From: Hydrolagus affinis
Taxonomy: Eukaryota
NCBI GenBank assembly: GCA_012026655.1
Contig: JAAILG010001607.1
Coordinates: 1-64,000 of the forward strand
Direction: 5' to 3'
DNA length: 64,000 nucleotides
The notes under the pieces are model-generated. The model saw only the letters and a program-made list of their open reading frames with translations. It was not told where the DNA came from and searched no databases. Numbering within the stretch: position 1 is the first letter of the stretch; each line of letters begins with the position of its first letter. Below, one piece after another: positions 51,793 through 63,219 of the stretch. Position numbers and translations under genes: made by a program.

Positions 51793-52141
51793 TTATTTAA
51801 AGTAATTAGAACAACATTGAATGTTTAGGGAGGATAATGTGGTCACAAACAGTGAATTAGTGTTTGGGGAACCAGAATACTTAAATAGGATGTTATTAAG
51901 GTTGATATCACAGATGTGGAAGCTATAAACTGAAATCTTCAGTGACAGAGTCTCATTAATAAAATGATCAGGAATCTTGGGACGGTTTGCATTTGTGAGA
52001 GGTTGTGAGCCAGTTAGCCCCAAAAGACGTGAGCAGATTGAAAGAAGCTTTCAAAATACTATTTGTAGGAAAGTGGAGTAGTTATTGAGAAGGTCTCAGG
52101 ACAGAGCCAAAGCTTCATGAGTGGTGGTGTCATATATTTTC
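51793..52141 (-). other. Candidate exon remnant
   Basis: Acceptor ctgctatttctccag; one frame has only two internal TGA over ~115 codons (KIYDTTTHEALALS*DLLNNYSTFLQIVF*KLLS...). No donor identified. Confidence 0.22.
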
Positions 52142-53990
52142 CTGGAGAAATAGCAGTTTTCTGTCAAGGGCAATTGTCTAAAATTATTCAGTCGTAATTC
52201 TGTTCCTATGTTTTTTCACACCCATTCATATTGTGAAGATAGAATTAAATGCTGCTGGACTTACATTAGGAGGTTTTGTATAATTTTTTCACAGGTTAGA
52301 TGGATTGTGTATAACGTAGACTAGCAGTTTTGCAGCAAAAGGTTTTGCAATGGACTTCCTATCAGCAAATACATTGTAAAATATGTTACGAAACATTGAA
52401 ATTATTTTTATTTACTAAGCTATTCAATTGTTAGGATTGGCAGCAGAGCAAACCAGATGAAAAGATTCCTTTATATCAATATTGTAGAAATATATTAAGT
52501 TAAAGTGGCTTATGTTCTACCTGAAGCAAAGATTATTGTATGGAGAGGTTATTAGTTTCAACCACAACATTGTCTGTTAAAGTAAACATGTCCCTTAATT
52601 TAATACAGTAGTTCATCTTTCAGCCAGATAAAACCTATTACAGTTTCCTATCCATTTGATAAGGTAAAGTCCAGCCTTCACCGGAATTTGTAACCAGTGT
52701 AAAAAGACACTCTATTTAACACTGCTGCTTATCACCGTGTCTAAACACACGAGAGAAACAGCTTTCAGTTGTTTCAATGTCTGCAAGCTTAATTTTCCCT
52801 TGCAAAATGGAATGCTGAGACAAAATATAAGCTTGCTTGTCAGCATTGGCTAATGATTTGTGGCTTGCATAACAGTAGTTAATAATCCTTGCAATTGATA
52901 TCAAGTCTCAAAGAGCTTCGCAGGACAGGAGCATAGAAACAGGAGCAATTAAGCCCATCTAACCAATCACACCACTTTCCAAGATCATGAATCAGTTTCA
53001 CCTCCCCAGACTATCTCCGTAACCCTGACACCCCTCTCTACTAAGCAGTTGGCCCTGTGAATTCTTCATTTGGCTCTTTGGAAGTAAATTGCACACTCCT
53101 GCTACGTATTGCATGAAAAAACGCACTGTAGAGTGCTACAACTGCGGATTTGCAAGCAATACCTATATAAGAATGCTAATAGAATAAAACTCTCTTAAAA
53201 CATGTTCCAATGCAGTTAACGCAGGGACTCTGACCATTAATTGAGTCCTGTTATAGTGCTACATGTTAGAATGGGGCTGTATTGGATTTGCTTGGTGTAT
53301 TGCTACCACACAGAAAGAGATTTCTCTACCAGCATCAGTGATTTTGCACCACATGTGTTAATGTAATAAACACAATTTCTACAGTTAGTGCCTGTACAGC
53401 TGAGGTAAATATTGTTGTATTTGAAAGCTTAAGTCTTTAAGTGAATTGAAGTGGAAGTAAACCATATAATAAATCAATTTTACAAGTATTCCCGAAAGCT
53501 ATTTTAAACAGTTTAGAGTGGTAACCATACACATTTTTGGACATTTAAAAGGAAGGGATAATTCCATTTAAGGATTGCACCAAAGTCAGTCCTCCAGCAT
53601 TCAGTTCCAGTAAATGAAAATGGGCATTAGAAATCCTTAGAAAGTTTTTCCCATATTGCTTTTCAAAAGTTTTTTATTCAAACACAATAGCAGCAGATGT
53701 AAAGCATTCCACTACAAATGCTGTTGAGGCCCCATTTATTAGCTAAAAGAGAATTTAGGAGGAACTATTTTCACACAGAGCTTGGGCAAGAAAGTGGTTC
53801 AAATCCCACATTGGGACTTTCTCATCAGGAGTGCTTCTCAAAGTGTTCCACTGAATACAACTGTAACGTGTTCTCATTATGTTTTGTTGGTGAATGCAGC
53901 AACAAATTTCACACATTTATTCAGCCAAAATTTTATTTGAATAAAATTGAACACCCAAATTTTATTTGCAGAACTTGTTGGCCAGGACAC

Positions 53991-54052
53991 CTAGAATCAT
54001 AGAATCTTACAGCACAAAAGGAGGCCATTCAGCCCATCGAATCCGTACCTGG
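53991..54052 (-). mobile_element. CR1 3' terminus
   Basis: Reverse complement reads GGGCTGAATGGCCTCCTTTTGTGCTGTAAGATTCTATGATTCTAG, with the (ATTCTATG)n CR1 tail. Confidence 0.85.
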
Positions 54053-54074
54053 AACAAACTTCATTCTTTTTGAA

Positions 54075-54414
54075 TAGTGCCGGGGCAGGGGTAGAAAGGT
54101 GACCAAAGGCGCGGTTGAAGAGAAAGGTCTTCAGCTGGGTCCTGAAGCTAAGAAAAGAGGGCGGTGAGACGAAGGTAGTGAGGAAGGGAGTTCCAGAACC
54201 TCGGGGCATAGTGGCTGAAGGCACGGCTGCCGAGGGTGGAGCGGAGGATTTGGGGGACATGGAGGAGGCCAGACCCAGTGGAGCGAAGGCTATGGGTGCT
54301 GGTTTGAGGAGAGAGGAGATCAGAGAGATAGGGGGGTACAGAGGAGTGGAGGGACATTGGAATAATCCAGCCGAGAGGTGACAAAGGCATGGACCAGGGT
54401 TTCAGGTGTGAGGT
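54075..54414 (-). mobile_element. L2 type B fragment with internal deletion
   Basis: ETLVHAFVTSRLDYSN joined directly to SLHSSVPPYLSDLL..GSRAFSHYAPRFWNSLP. Confidence 0.85.
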
Positions 54415-55055
54415 TTCACTACCTCACACCGCAGGCCACTGAAACCCTTATTCATGCTTTCATCGCATCCAGGCTCGAATACGCCAATGCCCTACCTGTT
54501 AGCCTTCCAAATGCCTCCTTCCATAGACTGCAGATAATCCAGAACTCTGTGGCACGTGTCCTCTACCACTTCAATCTCCATAACCCCATCTCCCTCATTG
54601 TTGCCCGACCGTTGGATCCCCATCACCGAGAGGATTCAATTCAAGATCCTTGTCCTAACGTTCAAAGCCCTCCATGTCCTCGCCTCATCCTATCTTTGTG
54701 ATGTCCTACCCCTTACCAACCTGCCCACTCCCTCCACTCAGTAGACTTCGACATACTCCATGTACCCTGACCCTCCCGTCCCACCATCGGTGGGCAAGCC
54801 TTCAGACACTCTGCCCCTAACCTCTGTCATTCCATCCCACAGTCCCTCTGCATTGCCCTCTCCCTGGCATCCTTCAAGTACCGCCTCAAGACCCTCGTAT
54901 TCGATGGTCTCAGCAGTCACCCCAAATCCGCTTCTTAACCTTCATCCTCCACGTTCCCGACCCCAGCTTAGGTCTGAAACATTGACTGTCCAGCGCCTTG
55001 GGATATCCTCCTGACGTGAAAGGTACTATACAAGTGTAATTTTGTTGTTGTTGTT
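54415..55055 (+). mobile_element. L2 type A 3' fragment
   Basis: HYLTPQATETLIHAFIASRLEYANAL..LQIIQNSVARVL..RIQFKILVLTFKALH; type A tail. Confidence 0.92.
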
Positions 55056-55176
55056 TTAAGAGAAGAGCTTCATATCAAATCAGTATCTTAAGGGCAGATT
55101 TAACTTTAAACTTTGCATCAATTTGATGCTAACTGTGCAGTGTAAATGGTCAAAATTACTGATGTATTGAACCGAT

Positions 55177-55500
55177 GGAGTCCTGTAGATCAGTGGTTAG
55201 AGCACTCGTCTTACAAGCGTGAGACCTGTGTTTCGAGTCTAGGCAGGTCAGGGCGAAACCTTGGGCAAATTTCCTTAGTCCAAATGCCTACTAATAATCC
55301 GTCCACAAAAACCTATAATAAATTGGTCATTTCAATCCATGACTGTTTGTGGGGCACTGCTGTGCGCAATTGGCTGCTGCTTTTCGCTCACAATTAGACT
55401 CTAAATTCACTTTACAGTATATTCTGTGCAGCGCTTTGAGACATCCAGAAGACATGAAAAGCGCTACATCAAATGCAAGGATTATTATTGTTATTATTAT
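55177..55500 (+). mobile_element. Young tRNA-derived SINE, full length
   Basis: Head, body and tail complete. Confidence 0.92.
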
Positions 55501-55997
55501 AGACGCCTGCATCATGGTGAGGCAGGTAAAGCTGCTGCCAACTTGGCTTAGTCAATAATGAGCAGCCATATTCAGAGAGAAACACTGGACAGAGGCAACA
55601 AACCCCCTAATAAATGTACATCCGCACTCTGTCGGGCTGGTGAGGCTGGAGTCAGCCTGTCAGTGAACTTGCTGACTTGCAAATACACATAAAATTGCGA
55701 GGAAGTGCAGACTCAATGCCCTTGTTCCCGCGAGGAATGTGGATGTTTTATAAATATGATTTTTCTGGACAGGGCAAGTTCTCAGCGGTCCAATTATGTG
55801 GCATCAGTGTGGAGTTCAGCGTGGCACGGCGATTGGTCAAATGGCTGCTTGAGTAACTTGGCACATCTTATACTCTCCAATTGTGTTTTTCGACGTTCGC
55901 CGAGAGACCACTGACCAGGCAGACCTTGAATTTCTGGAGCAAGTTGCTGACCCTGTGACACAGTGATTCATAGGCCATATGCTAGAAGTGATCATAC

Positions 55998-56153
55998 CAA
56001 GGTACCCCTCCACGTGAGATGTATGGTTTGACAACGAAGCCAGGGACTGAGTCTGTGCGAACTCAATCACTGATGATCTAGCCAAGCACTTTCTTGTCTT
56101 TATAGCTGAGGTCATAAGGAAACTAAAGCAACACTTAACACTGAAACGGGATC
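55998..56153 (-). other. Candidate 156-nt phase 1-1 exon, open
   Basis: Acceptor gatttatttttatacag, donor TTG|gtatga; reads (G)SRFSVKCCFSFLMTSAIKTRKCLARSSVIEFAQTQSLASLSNHTSHVEGYL. Confidence 0.33.
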
Positions 56154-56214
56154 CTGTATAAAAATAAATCACTAAAATAGATGGACAGCTATTAAATGAA
56201 AGCAGAGAGTCTTT

Positions 56215-56760
56215 TCAACAACAACAACAACTTTTGTTTATATAGCGCCCTTCACGTGAATATTGTCTGGGATGGATTAACTGTGGTGTAGTTTAACACC
56301 AAGGTGGAAAGAGGGGAAGTGACTGAAACACGATTGAAGACAAAACTCTTCAGGAATAATTTGAAGTTGGCAAAGATGAAGGAATTGAAGCAAGGAATTC
56401 CAGAGTTTGAGTAGAATAATAATAATCCGTACATTTGATATAGCGCTTTTCACATCTTCTAGACGTCTCAAAGCACTTTACAGAATATACTATAAAGTGA
56501 ACTGACTGTACATTTGTGGATGAAACGTGTAGTGACTGAAAGCATGGACACCAATTGTGGAGTGTAGGTTATGAGGGATATGCAAAAGACCTAACTCATC
56601 TGAGTGAAAGTGGCTGAAGAAATGGGGTGCACACAGATTGGAGAGTTAGGGAGGTGCCAGGATATGGAGTAATTTGGAAGTGAGAGTGAGGATCTTGAAA
56701 TCGATCTGTTCTGCACCAGGGTTTCAAGAGCTGAGATGATGGGATTGTGCAACCTGATAT
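56215..56760 (-). mobile_element. Decayed L2 3' fragment with a nested SINE 3' part (56414-56530)
   Basis: (TTG)n tail at ~56215; SINE tail inserted after GGAATTCCAGAGTTT; L2 resumes with GAGGATCTTGAAATCGAT. Confidence 0.7.
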
Positions 56761-57879
56761 TGGTATGATAGAGGAAAGAACAAATTGTACCATTTTTCCT
56801 CTGAAGTTCTACACAGTTGTCCTATTACTTACTTTCTTTCAATGTTTGTTGCAGTGTGCTTTTCCTGTTTCTCTCAATTCATTTTTTATTTCTTCTGATA
56901 TGACAAAGTCTGAATATGTGATTACATGATGTGATAATCAATAACACAGATTTGAAGCCTGGAGTGTTTAGTAAGCTGTGCTTACATTGTCGAATACATT
57001 GAAAGTGGTTTTGTTACTTAATTTTTACAAATGATTTGTAAACCTATTCGAAATTCAGCCACAAATTTGTGCATTTTAAATGGGATTTTTGATACTGCAT
57101 AGGAAGAATAATTCAGTTAGGTTTGCCTGATTCTTTTAAGTAACAAGTCTATCGATCATGTTTGTTTGATAATTTTAGTGAATCCATTCTATATAGAAGT
57201 GGTTCCATTTTCACTGGTCACATTTCCTTTATGAAGCTCTAAGTGGAGGGCGCTATATAAATTGAAGTTGTTGTAGAAAGGCAACACTGTGTGACTTCTG
57301 TGTTTAATCATCTGAAAGCTCAATGGGGCAGCATATTTGCTGTTCAGTGAGAAATGTCAAACCGATGAATTAATCTTTCCCTGTGTTCCCACAGTTACTA
57401 CAGGCTCTTGAAAGTTTTATCATTCTCTCTGTAGTTGTGCCAAACAGCCTGAAAGATCGATGGAACTCAAGTGGTCTTATCCTTCAATTGTTTCAAACTC
57501 AGTAAACTATAGGAAATATGCATGCTCGAGATTGCACAAATGATTTGTGTCTGTAATGTGTGATTGTGTGTGGAAGCAGGGAGGGGCTGTGGGAGGGGAA
57601 ATTCTGTTTTGATATGTGTTAAGGTATGGAATATCGAGGCTAGGAAACAAATCGCCATCTACTAAGTGCAGCCAATTGTAACATCAGTAGTGCCCAGCTA
57701 AAGTACAGTAGACTTTGCTCCACAATTGTATCTTTAACTGTGCCTATATGAGAACCATTCATTTCAAACACCATTCACATAATGCAACAATCTTTGTGGT
57801 TCAAATAATGTCAAGAGCATCTCAAAACCACGTGCAGGTTATTGAAGTCAAATGTGGTGTACTGTATTTTGAGGACAAA

Positions 57880-58200
57880 CACAACGGGCATTTTGCACGC
57901 AGCACAGAATGGTCTCATGAAGCAAATGTCCAATTTATTCACAGGATTGTGGGCCAGAATTTCAGGAGAAACTCTCTTGCCTTTTTGAATAGTGTCATGG
58001 CATCTTCAATATCCACCTGAACAGGTGGATAAGACCAGTTTATTGTTTAAATTTAAGAATGGCACCTCCAACAATGTAGCTCTCCCAGGTACTAGAGTAC
58101 GAGAGTATCTGCCGAGAATATGAATTCAGGACCCATTGTGGGGGCTTCAACATATAACCATTTGACTCAAGGGCAAACCTACTACCAACTAAGCCAGGAT
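57880..58200 (-). mobile_element. Old DeuSINE/SacSINE1-like SINE
   Basis: AATAGTGTCATGGCATCTT..ATCCACCTGA..GGCACCTCCAACAATG..TGACTCAAGGG. Confidence 0.6.
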
Positions 58201-59529
58201 GTTGTCAAATTACAGCAACTTTTCATTACAAAATGTTGCATCCGTTGGGAAGAACGTTCAATCAGCAGATACTGCAGTACTCCTACTTAGTTTGAGGACA
58301 ACAACATCGATAACGTTGTTGACTTATTTATCTTAGTCTTAGTCTTGAATTTTCATCCTTAGAAGCTGGAATATGGTTCACGACTCCAAGTTCCAACTCC
58401 CTATTTCTTGTGATTCTCTTCCTGAATCGATCTCTGTTTATCCAGTTGGTGGATGACCTTTCACCTACTTCATCTTTTACAAGATGGTTTCTTTGTCTGC
58501 AGTTTTTCCTCCAGAAGAAAATGAAGTAAACTCCTATCCTCCTCAAGCTGCTTTGGGCAGCCTTCCACAGCCTGCTTGTTTCTCAGCCATGAGATAGGCA
58601 GGCATCTGAGGCTGTATCCTATTCTTTCTGTGGTTCATTGTTCATATATCTAAACTCAAGGACACAATTGCTCATTATCTCAGAGCAGTGAATGTCTTCC
58701 AAGGAAAATATGGAATGTGATCAGAAGCTGATCTCGACCAGTCCAGCAAAGCTACTGTTAACCCCTGATCAACTTGTCATTATTAAAGGATTATGGGTAG
58801 GTTACATTTTAAATGTATATACATATTAATTAAACGCCTTCCTCAATTGTACCATGTTGCTTCACAGACAATTAACAGAAGAAATGTGTTAATCGGTGCC
58901 ATATTTGTAACCCCTTTGTTATACACATTGCACCAGTTTCCATCACTGTTATAGTCACAAAACTGTCCTACAAAATACACAGCCATTGGATCCCATGAAA
59001 TGCTTTGACTCAGCCTCTTATCTTTGAAGGTGCTTCATCAAATACATTGATTTTTATTATTATTACAATAGAATTGTTGCTATTTCGCCTGCCTCTGCTA
59101 TAACTGCTATTTCAAACAAAAATCATGATTCAAGATTCTCCATTTTCTATGTTCCTTTTTTTTATTGCAAAATTCTGCTCCCCTGTCCTTTTTTTGTAAT
59201 CATTGGAAAAGCTCAGACAGCACAATCAAAGCTTTTAACTTAGCTTTCAAGTATTGTAATGCCTTGACTTCCCTGTGCAAGCCAAACAAGAATAGGAAAG
59301 TGGCAGAAAACTAATAGGTAGCAAAGTGTTGATGATTAATGGTGACACATATTGAATAAGACGGATACACAAGATGGAATTCAAGAATTCAAATCCTTTC
59401 TGCCTCTTTGCAGATATGATCTTTTTTTTAAAAACCAGATTGCTATGTTATTCAAAGAAACTACAAGGGAAATTAAAGAGTAAATCATCCATGAGAGAAT
59501 CACCTTTTAGGTGACAGTTTAGCTCAGTA

Positions 59530-59870
59530 GGTGTCAGCTTGACTCAGTTGATAGATTCTCACCTTAGGTTCAGAAGGTTGAAGGATCAAGTCCCATTTCA
59601 GGCAACAGATCAATATTCAAAGCTGATCCTCCAGTGCTGTACTCTATGGGGCAATCACTGCTCTATGGCAGTCCTAGTCCTTTGAAAGTGAAACCAAGGT
59701 CCTTCTTGGGTGGATGTTCATTATCCTATGGCATTATTCAAAACGAGAAGAGTGTCCTGCCTTTTAGCCTGCACAGTCTCCCAACTGGATTGATCATTCA
59801 CTTCACGGCTGCTGTATGTAATTTTACCATTGCGTTGGCCTACCAATATACAGTCACTTTATTGTGAAAG
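59530..59870 (+). mobile_element. Old DeuSINE/SacSINE1-like SINE
   Basis: GACTCAGTTGATAG..CTCACCT..TCAGAAGGTTG..TCAAGTCCCA..CCAGTGCTGTACT..CCTATGGCATTATT. Confidence 0.62.
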
Positions 59871-60705
59871 CAATGAGCTTCAAGACATTTTGTCACGTTG
59901 TGACATTTGAAGCTCTGTATTAAATATTTATCGATTAATAGTAACCCTTGCTTTTGATTTAGTGCCTGCCACATCGGAAGGACATCTCAAAGTGCTTCTC
60001 GGAATATACTGTAAAGCAGAATGTTTGTATTTTTTGGATGAAAGTGACAGCCAATAATTCTTAATTTATGGCTAAGATTGAACAGAATTTTGGGTCCCAG
60101 GTAGAAAGTAGTATTGGAAAGGATACATTTTGACTGAGGTGATAAAATATTCCATGGAACACAATGTTTCCTGTGCTTTTGGAGCTAAAATTGGTGTTAT
60201 CTATGAAAGGGCCAAGATTCCACAGTTGTGGTGTGAGAATGCATAGATTTTCTGGATTTTTTTGTCTCAGGGGATTAAATGAACGGAACGGAGATTACGA
60301 TAGGATAGATCGTGTATGTTGGGAGCCATAAAGCCTTAATTCATGTAAATGTATTGATATACGTTTCTTGTATGACAAAGAAACTTTCTCAAAACATCTT
60401 GAGCATTGTGAACCTTCTAAAAAAAACTATACTTTTTGAGAATTAATAAGATACGTTGAAAAATAAGAGTACTGATCTTCATTTTCAACACAAAACACAA
60501 CTCATTGACTGAGTCGATCAGCATTACCAATCAACAGATAGGAAACCTTCAATTTTGCCAGAGGAAAAGTGCAATATTAATTGTAAATCATTCCACTTAT
60601 GGCAGCAAGATTTGCTAATAGAAGATCAGGATTAATTACAAAAGAGCATCTGTTCCAAGTTGATTTGAGCTTGTGAACATTCAGTGTGGATAAGAAAGAG
60701 CTCAC

Positions 60706-60803
60706 ACGAGTGCAGAAGTAATAAGGGAGACAATGTATGTCTGCAATTCATTCTCATAATTAGCCTTGGTGTATGATAATGTTGTTTTGTGAAAACTAGC
60801 CAG
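60706..60803 (-). other. Candidate 98-nt exon, open
   Basis: Acceptor aaccttttgtattcag, donor GT|gtgagc; phase-0 reading LASFHKTTLSYTKANYENELQTYIVSLITSAL. Confidence 0.3.
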
Positions 60804-61594
60804 CTGAATACAAAAGGTTTCAAGATACAACAGCACAATTTTCTCAGTAATAACAGTGAAAATACACAAATGTATTTTCAAATTGAAAAATGGGGCAGGA
60901 TTTCAGGAAATGTTTAAATTTAACTTTGCAAGCCGGTTTTCTTTTTAAGATAAATGAAGACGTAAGATTTTTCCCAAATTCTGCACCATATTGAAACTAA
61001 GACCATGGGATATTTTGGCCCCAGATATTTAAAAAAAAACATTGCAGGGGGAAGAGACAAGCTCATTTTTTAAAATCGTCTTGATGTTCTGAAAAGATTT
61101 GTGAAAATTTGGTGACCCATGAAAATTACCGTACACACACAAAATGCAAATTCCTGGCCAGATCAGTTGAGACAGACGTCTGAAAAATTTGGGGCGAATG
61201 AGATTTAGGGAAGCAAATTAAAATAAGCAAACTAATCTTCACGCGGATTTTTAGTTGAATTTCTTAGTTTAAAGGTGCCAGTGTGTGTGCCAGTCTGGCT
61301 CAATCAGTGGCACTCTCACTTCTAAGGCACAAGATGTAGGTTCTAACCCCCAACATGAAAGACTCTATAAAAATGTAGTTGTGTTGCTGTTGTTGTTGTT
61401 AAGATGATATTTCCATGCAGTGCATACTACCAGCAGCGGCCGGTCAGCCTCAAATGCCTTTGCAAGCTACCTGCACTCTGAACACATGTACCAAAAGCAA
61501 AGTTTGTTTCATGTATGACAAAGTCAAGAAAACTGTAAAGGGTAATGAATCTCTTAGGCACAGAATTGGAATGAACAGAGCTCGTGTGAATCGC

Positions 61595-62252
61595 TGAGTT
61601 GACCTCACCTCCCTCACCTCTTCAACATTGCCCAATTACGATGTCATCCCTTAGGCCGCTGAAACTCTCATTCATGCCTTCATCACGTCCAGGCTTGACT
61701 ACGCCAATGCCCTGCTTGTTGGCCTTCCCAACTACTCCCTCCGTAGGCTGCAGATCATCCAGAACTCTGCAGCATGTGTCATCTCCCGCACCAGGTTTCA
61801 CAATCCCATCTCCCCCATTCTCGCTCGACTACATTGGCTGCCCATCATTCAGAAGATACAATTCCACATCCTGGACCTCACCTTTAAAGCCCTCCATAGC
61901 CTTGCCCCACCTCACATCTACAACCTCCCAACCTATCTGCTCCTTCCGCTTAGCGGACTCCGGCTTGCTCCATGTCCTCCAAACCATCCGCCCCACCATT
62001 GACGGGTGAGCCTTCAGTCACTCTGCACCTAACCTTTGGAATTCCATCCCACAATCCCTCCACCTCGCCCCTCTACTTCCTAGCCTGTTTCGAATCCTGT
62101 GTCTTTGACCGTACCATCAGTCATCCCCTTCCCCTCCCTTCCCTCCACACTCTCCGATCCTGACCCCAGCTCAGACCCAAAACACTGACTGTCCAGTGCC
62201 TTGGGTTGTCATCCCAACGTGAACTATACAAATGTAATTTTTGTTGTTGTTG
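61595..62252 (+). mobile_element. L2 type A 3' fragment
   Basis: AAETLIHAFITSRLDYANALLVGLP..LRRLQIIQNSAAC..LHWLPI; (TTG)n tail. Confidence 0.92.
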
Positions 62253-62868
62253 AACGAGAGCTAGTGGGGTTTAATTTGCACTAGGATCAAACGGAAACAA
62301 AAGAAAAACTAGCAAATACGAAAGCTAAAGATATGGAGAGGACAGAGTGAAGTTCAAAAGCACGTATCTTGTTGTTTGGATAAAATATTAAACCGAGATC
62401 TTGGCTGCCCGTTAAGGTTGAAGATCCCGTGGTGCTATTTGTAAAGAGAAAGGAATTTTTTCACATTGTCCTAGCTAACAAACACCCAAGTGAAATTGGT
62501 CATTTACTTCTCTCTCTGCCCTTCATTCTCCCGACATGAAAGGTACTGTACCACATGTAAACATTATTAGGGTTACCCATTGTCCTTAAGTTCCCACAAG
62601 TTCTCCATCTTTGGAAATGATCAGAACTTTACTTCTGGTGGTGTGACTGACGGCTGCTGTGTTTTATTTTAGTTTTCTGAAACAAATATATCATTTTGCA
62701 TAATGTTCTGATTGCAGTGTAGTGTGGAAACATACACATTCATTTCCATTTACTTAAACTGAGTGAGCCACTTGTTTTGAATATATGTTATTATACATTG
62801 GCTGAATTGATTATTTGTGGAAAAATATTATAGAAGTAAATCATTGGACACAAACTGCACTTTCTTAC

Positions 62869-63219
62869 CACACAGCTACTCCCCAAATATCCCAACCATT
62901 TGGGAACATCATATCACATATTGTTAGCAATATATTTGAGCCACAGAATGATCACTGGGACAAAAGTTTAACACATAATTTTGCCAATTTATTTTGCAGT
63001 CGCTTTTCTGCAGATGCCTCGCTTCAAATGACAGAATCATTGGAAATGTTTTCACAAAAGCATTGCAGGGATAATTTGACTGCAACATTCGGGATACGGT
63101 GAATTGGAAACGTTATATATGTGGTGCATTCCATTGATTAATTTGGATGTTGACCAATTTTGAGAAGTCAAAACCTCATTTCCATGATTTGAAGGAATAA
63201 ATAACTTAGAAAGTAACAC
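62869..63219 (-). other. Candidate 351-nt exon remnant
   Basis: Strong acceptor gtatctttctttgttccaag and donor GTG|gtaaga; length divisible by 3, but all three frames contain stops. Confidence 0.25.

Noticed and set aside
55800-56161. Plus-strand frame with several in-frame TGA codons (..VFFDVRRETTDQADLEFLEQVADPVTQ*FIG..), considered as a selenoprotein or recoded ORF
   Set aside because: No start or splice context and no SECIS recognised. It is the antisense shadow of the open minus-strand frame, where TCA serine codons read as TGA.
58328-58650. Purine-rich minus-strand block with a coiled-coil-like peptide (KQLEEDRSLLHFLLEEKLQ)
   Set aside because: Weak acceptor, no GT donor and many stops; not enough support to list as an exon.
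49580-60605. Exon-like blocks ending in ATAAGT/ATAAAT instead of GT, considered as AT-AC introns
   Set aside because: They lack the U12 donor consensus ATATCCT; more likely chance or decayed GT donors.
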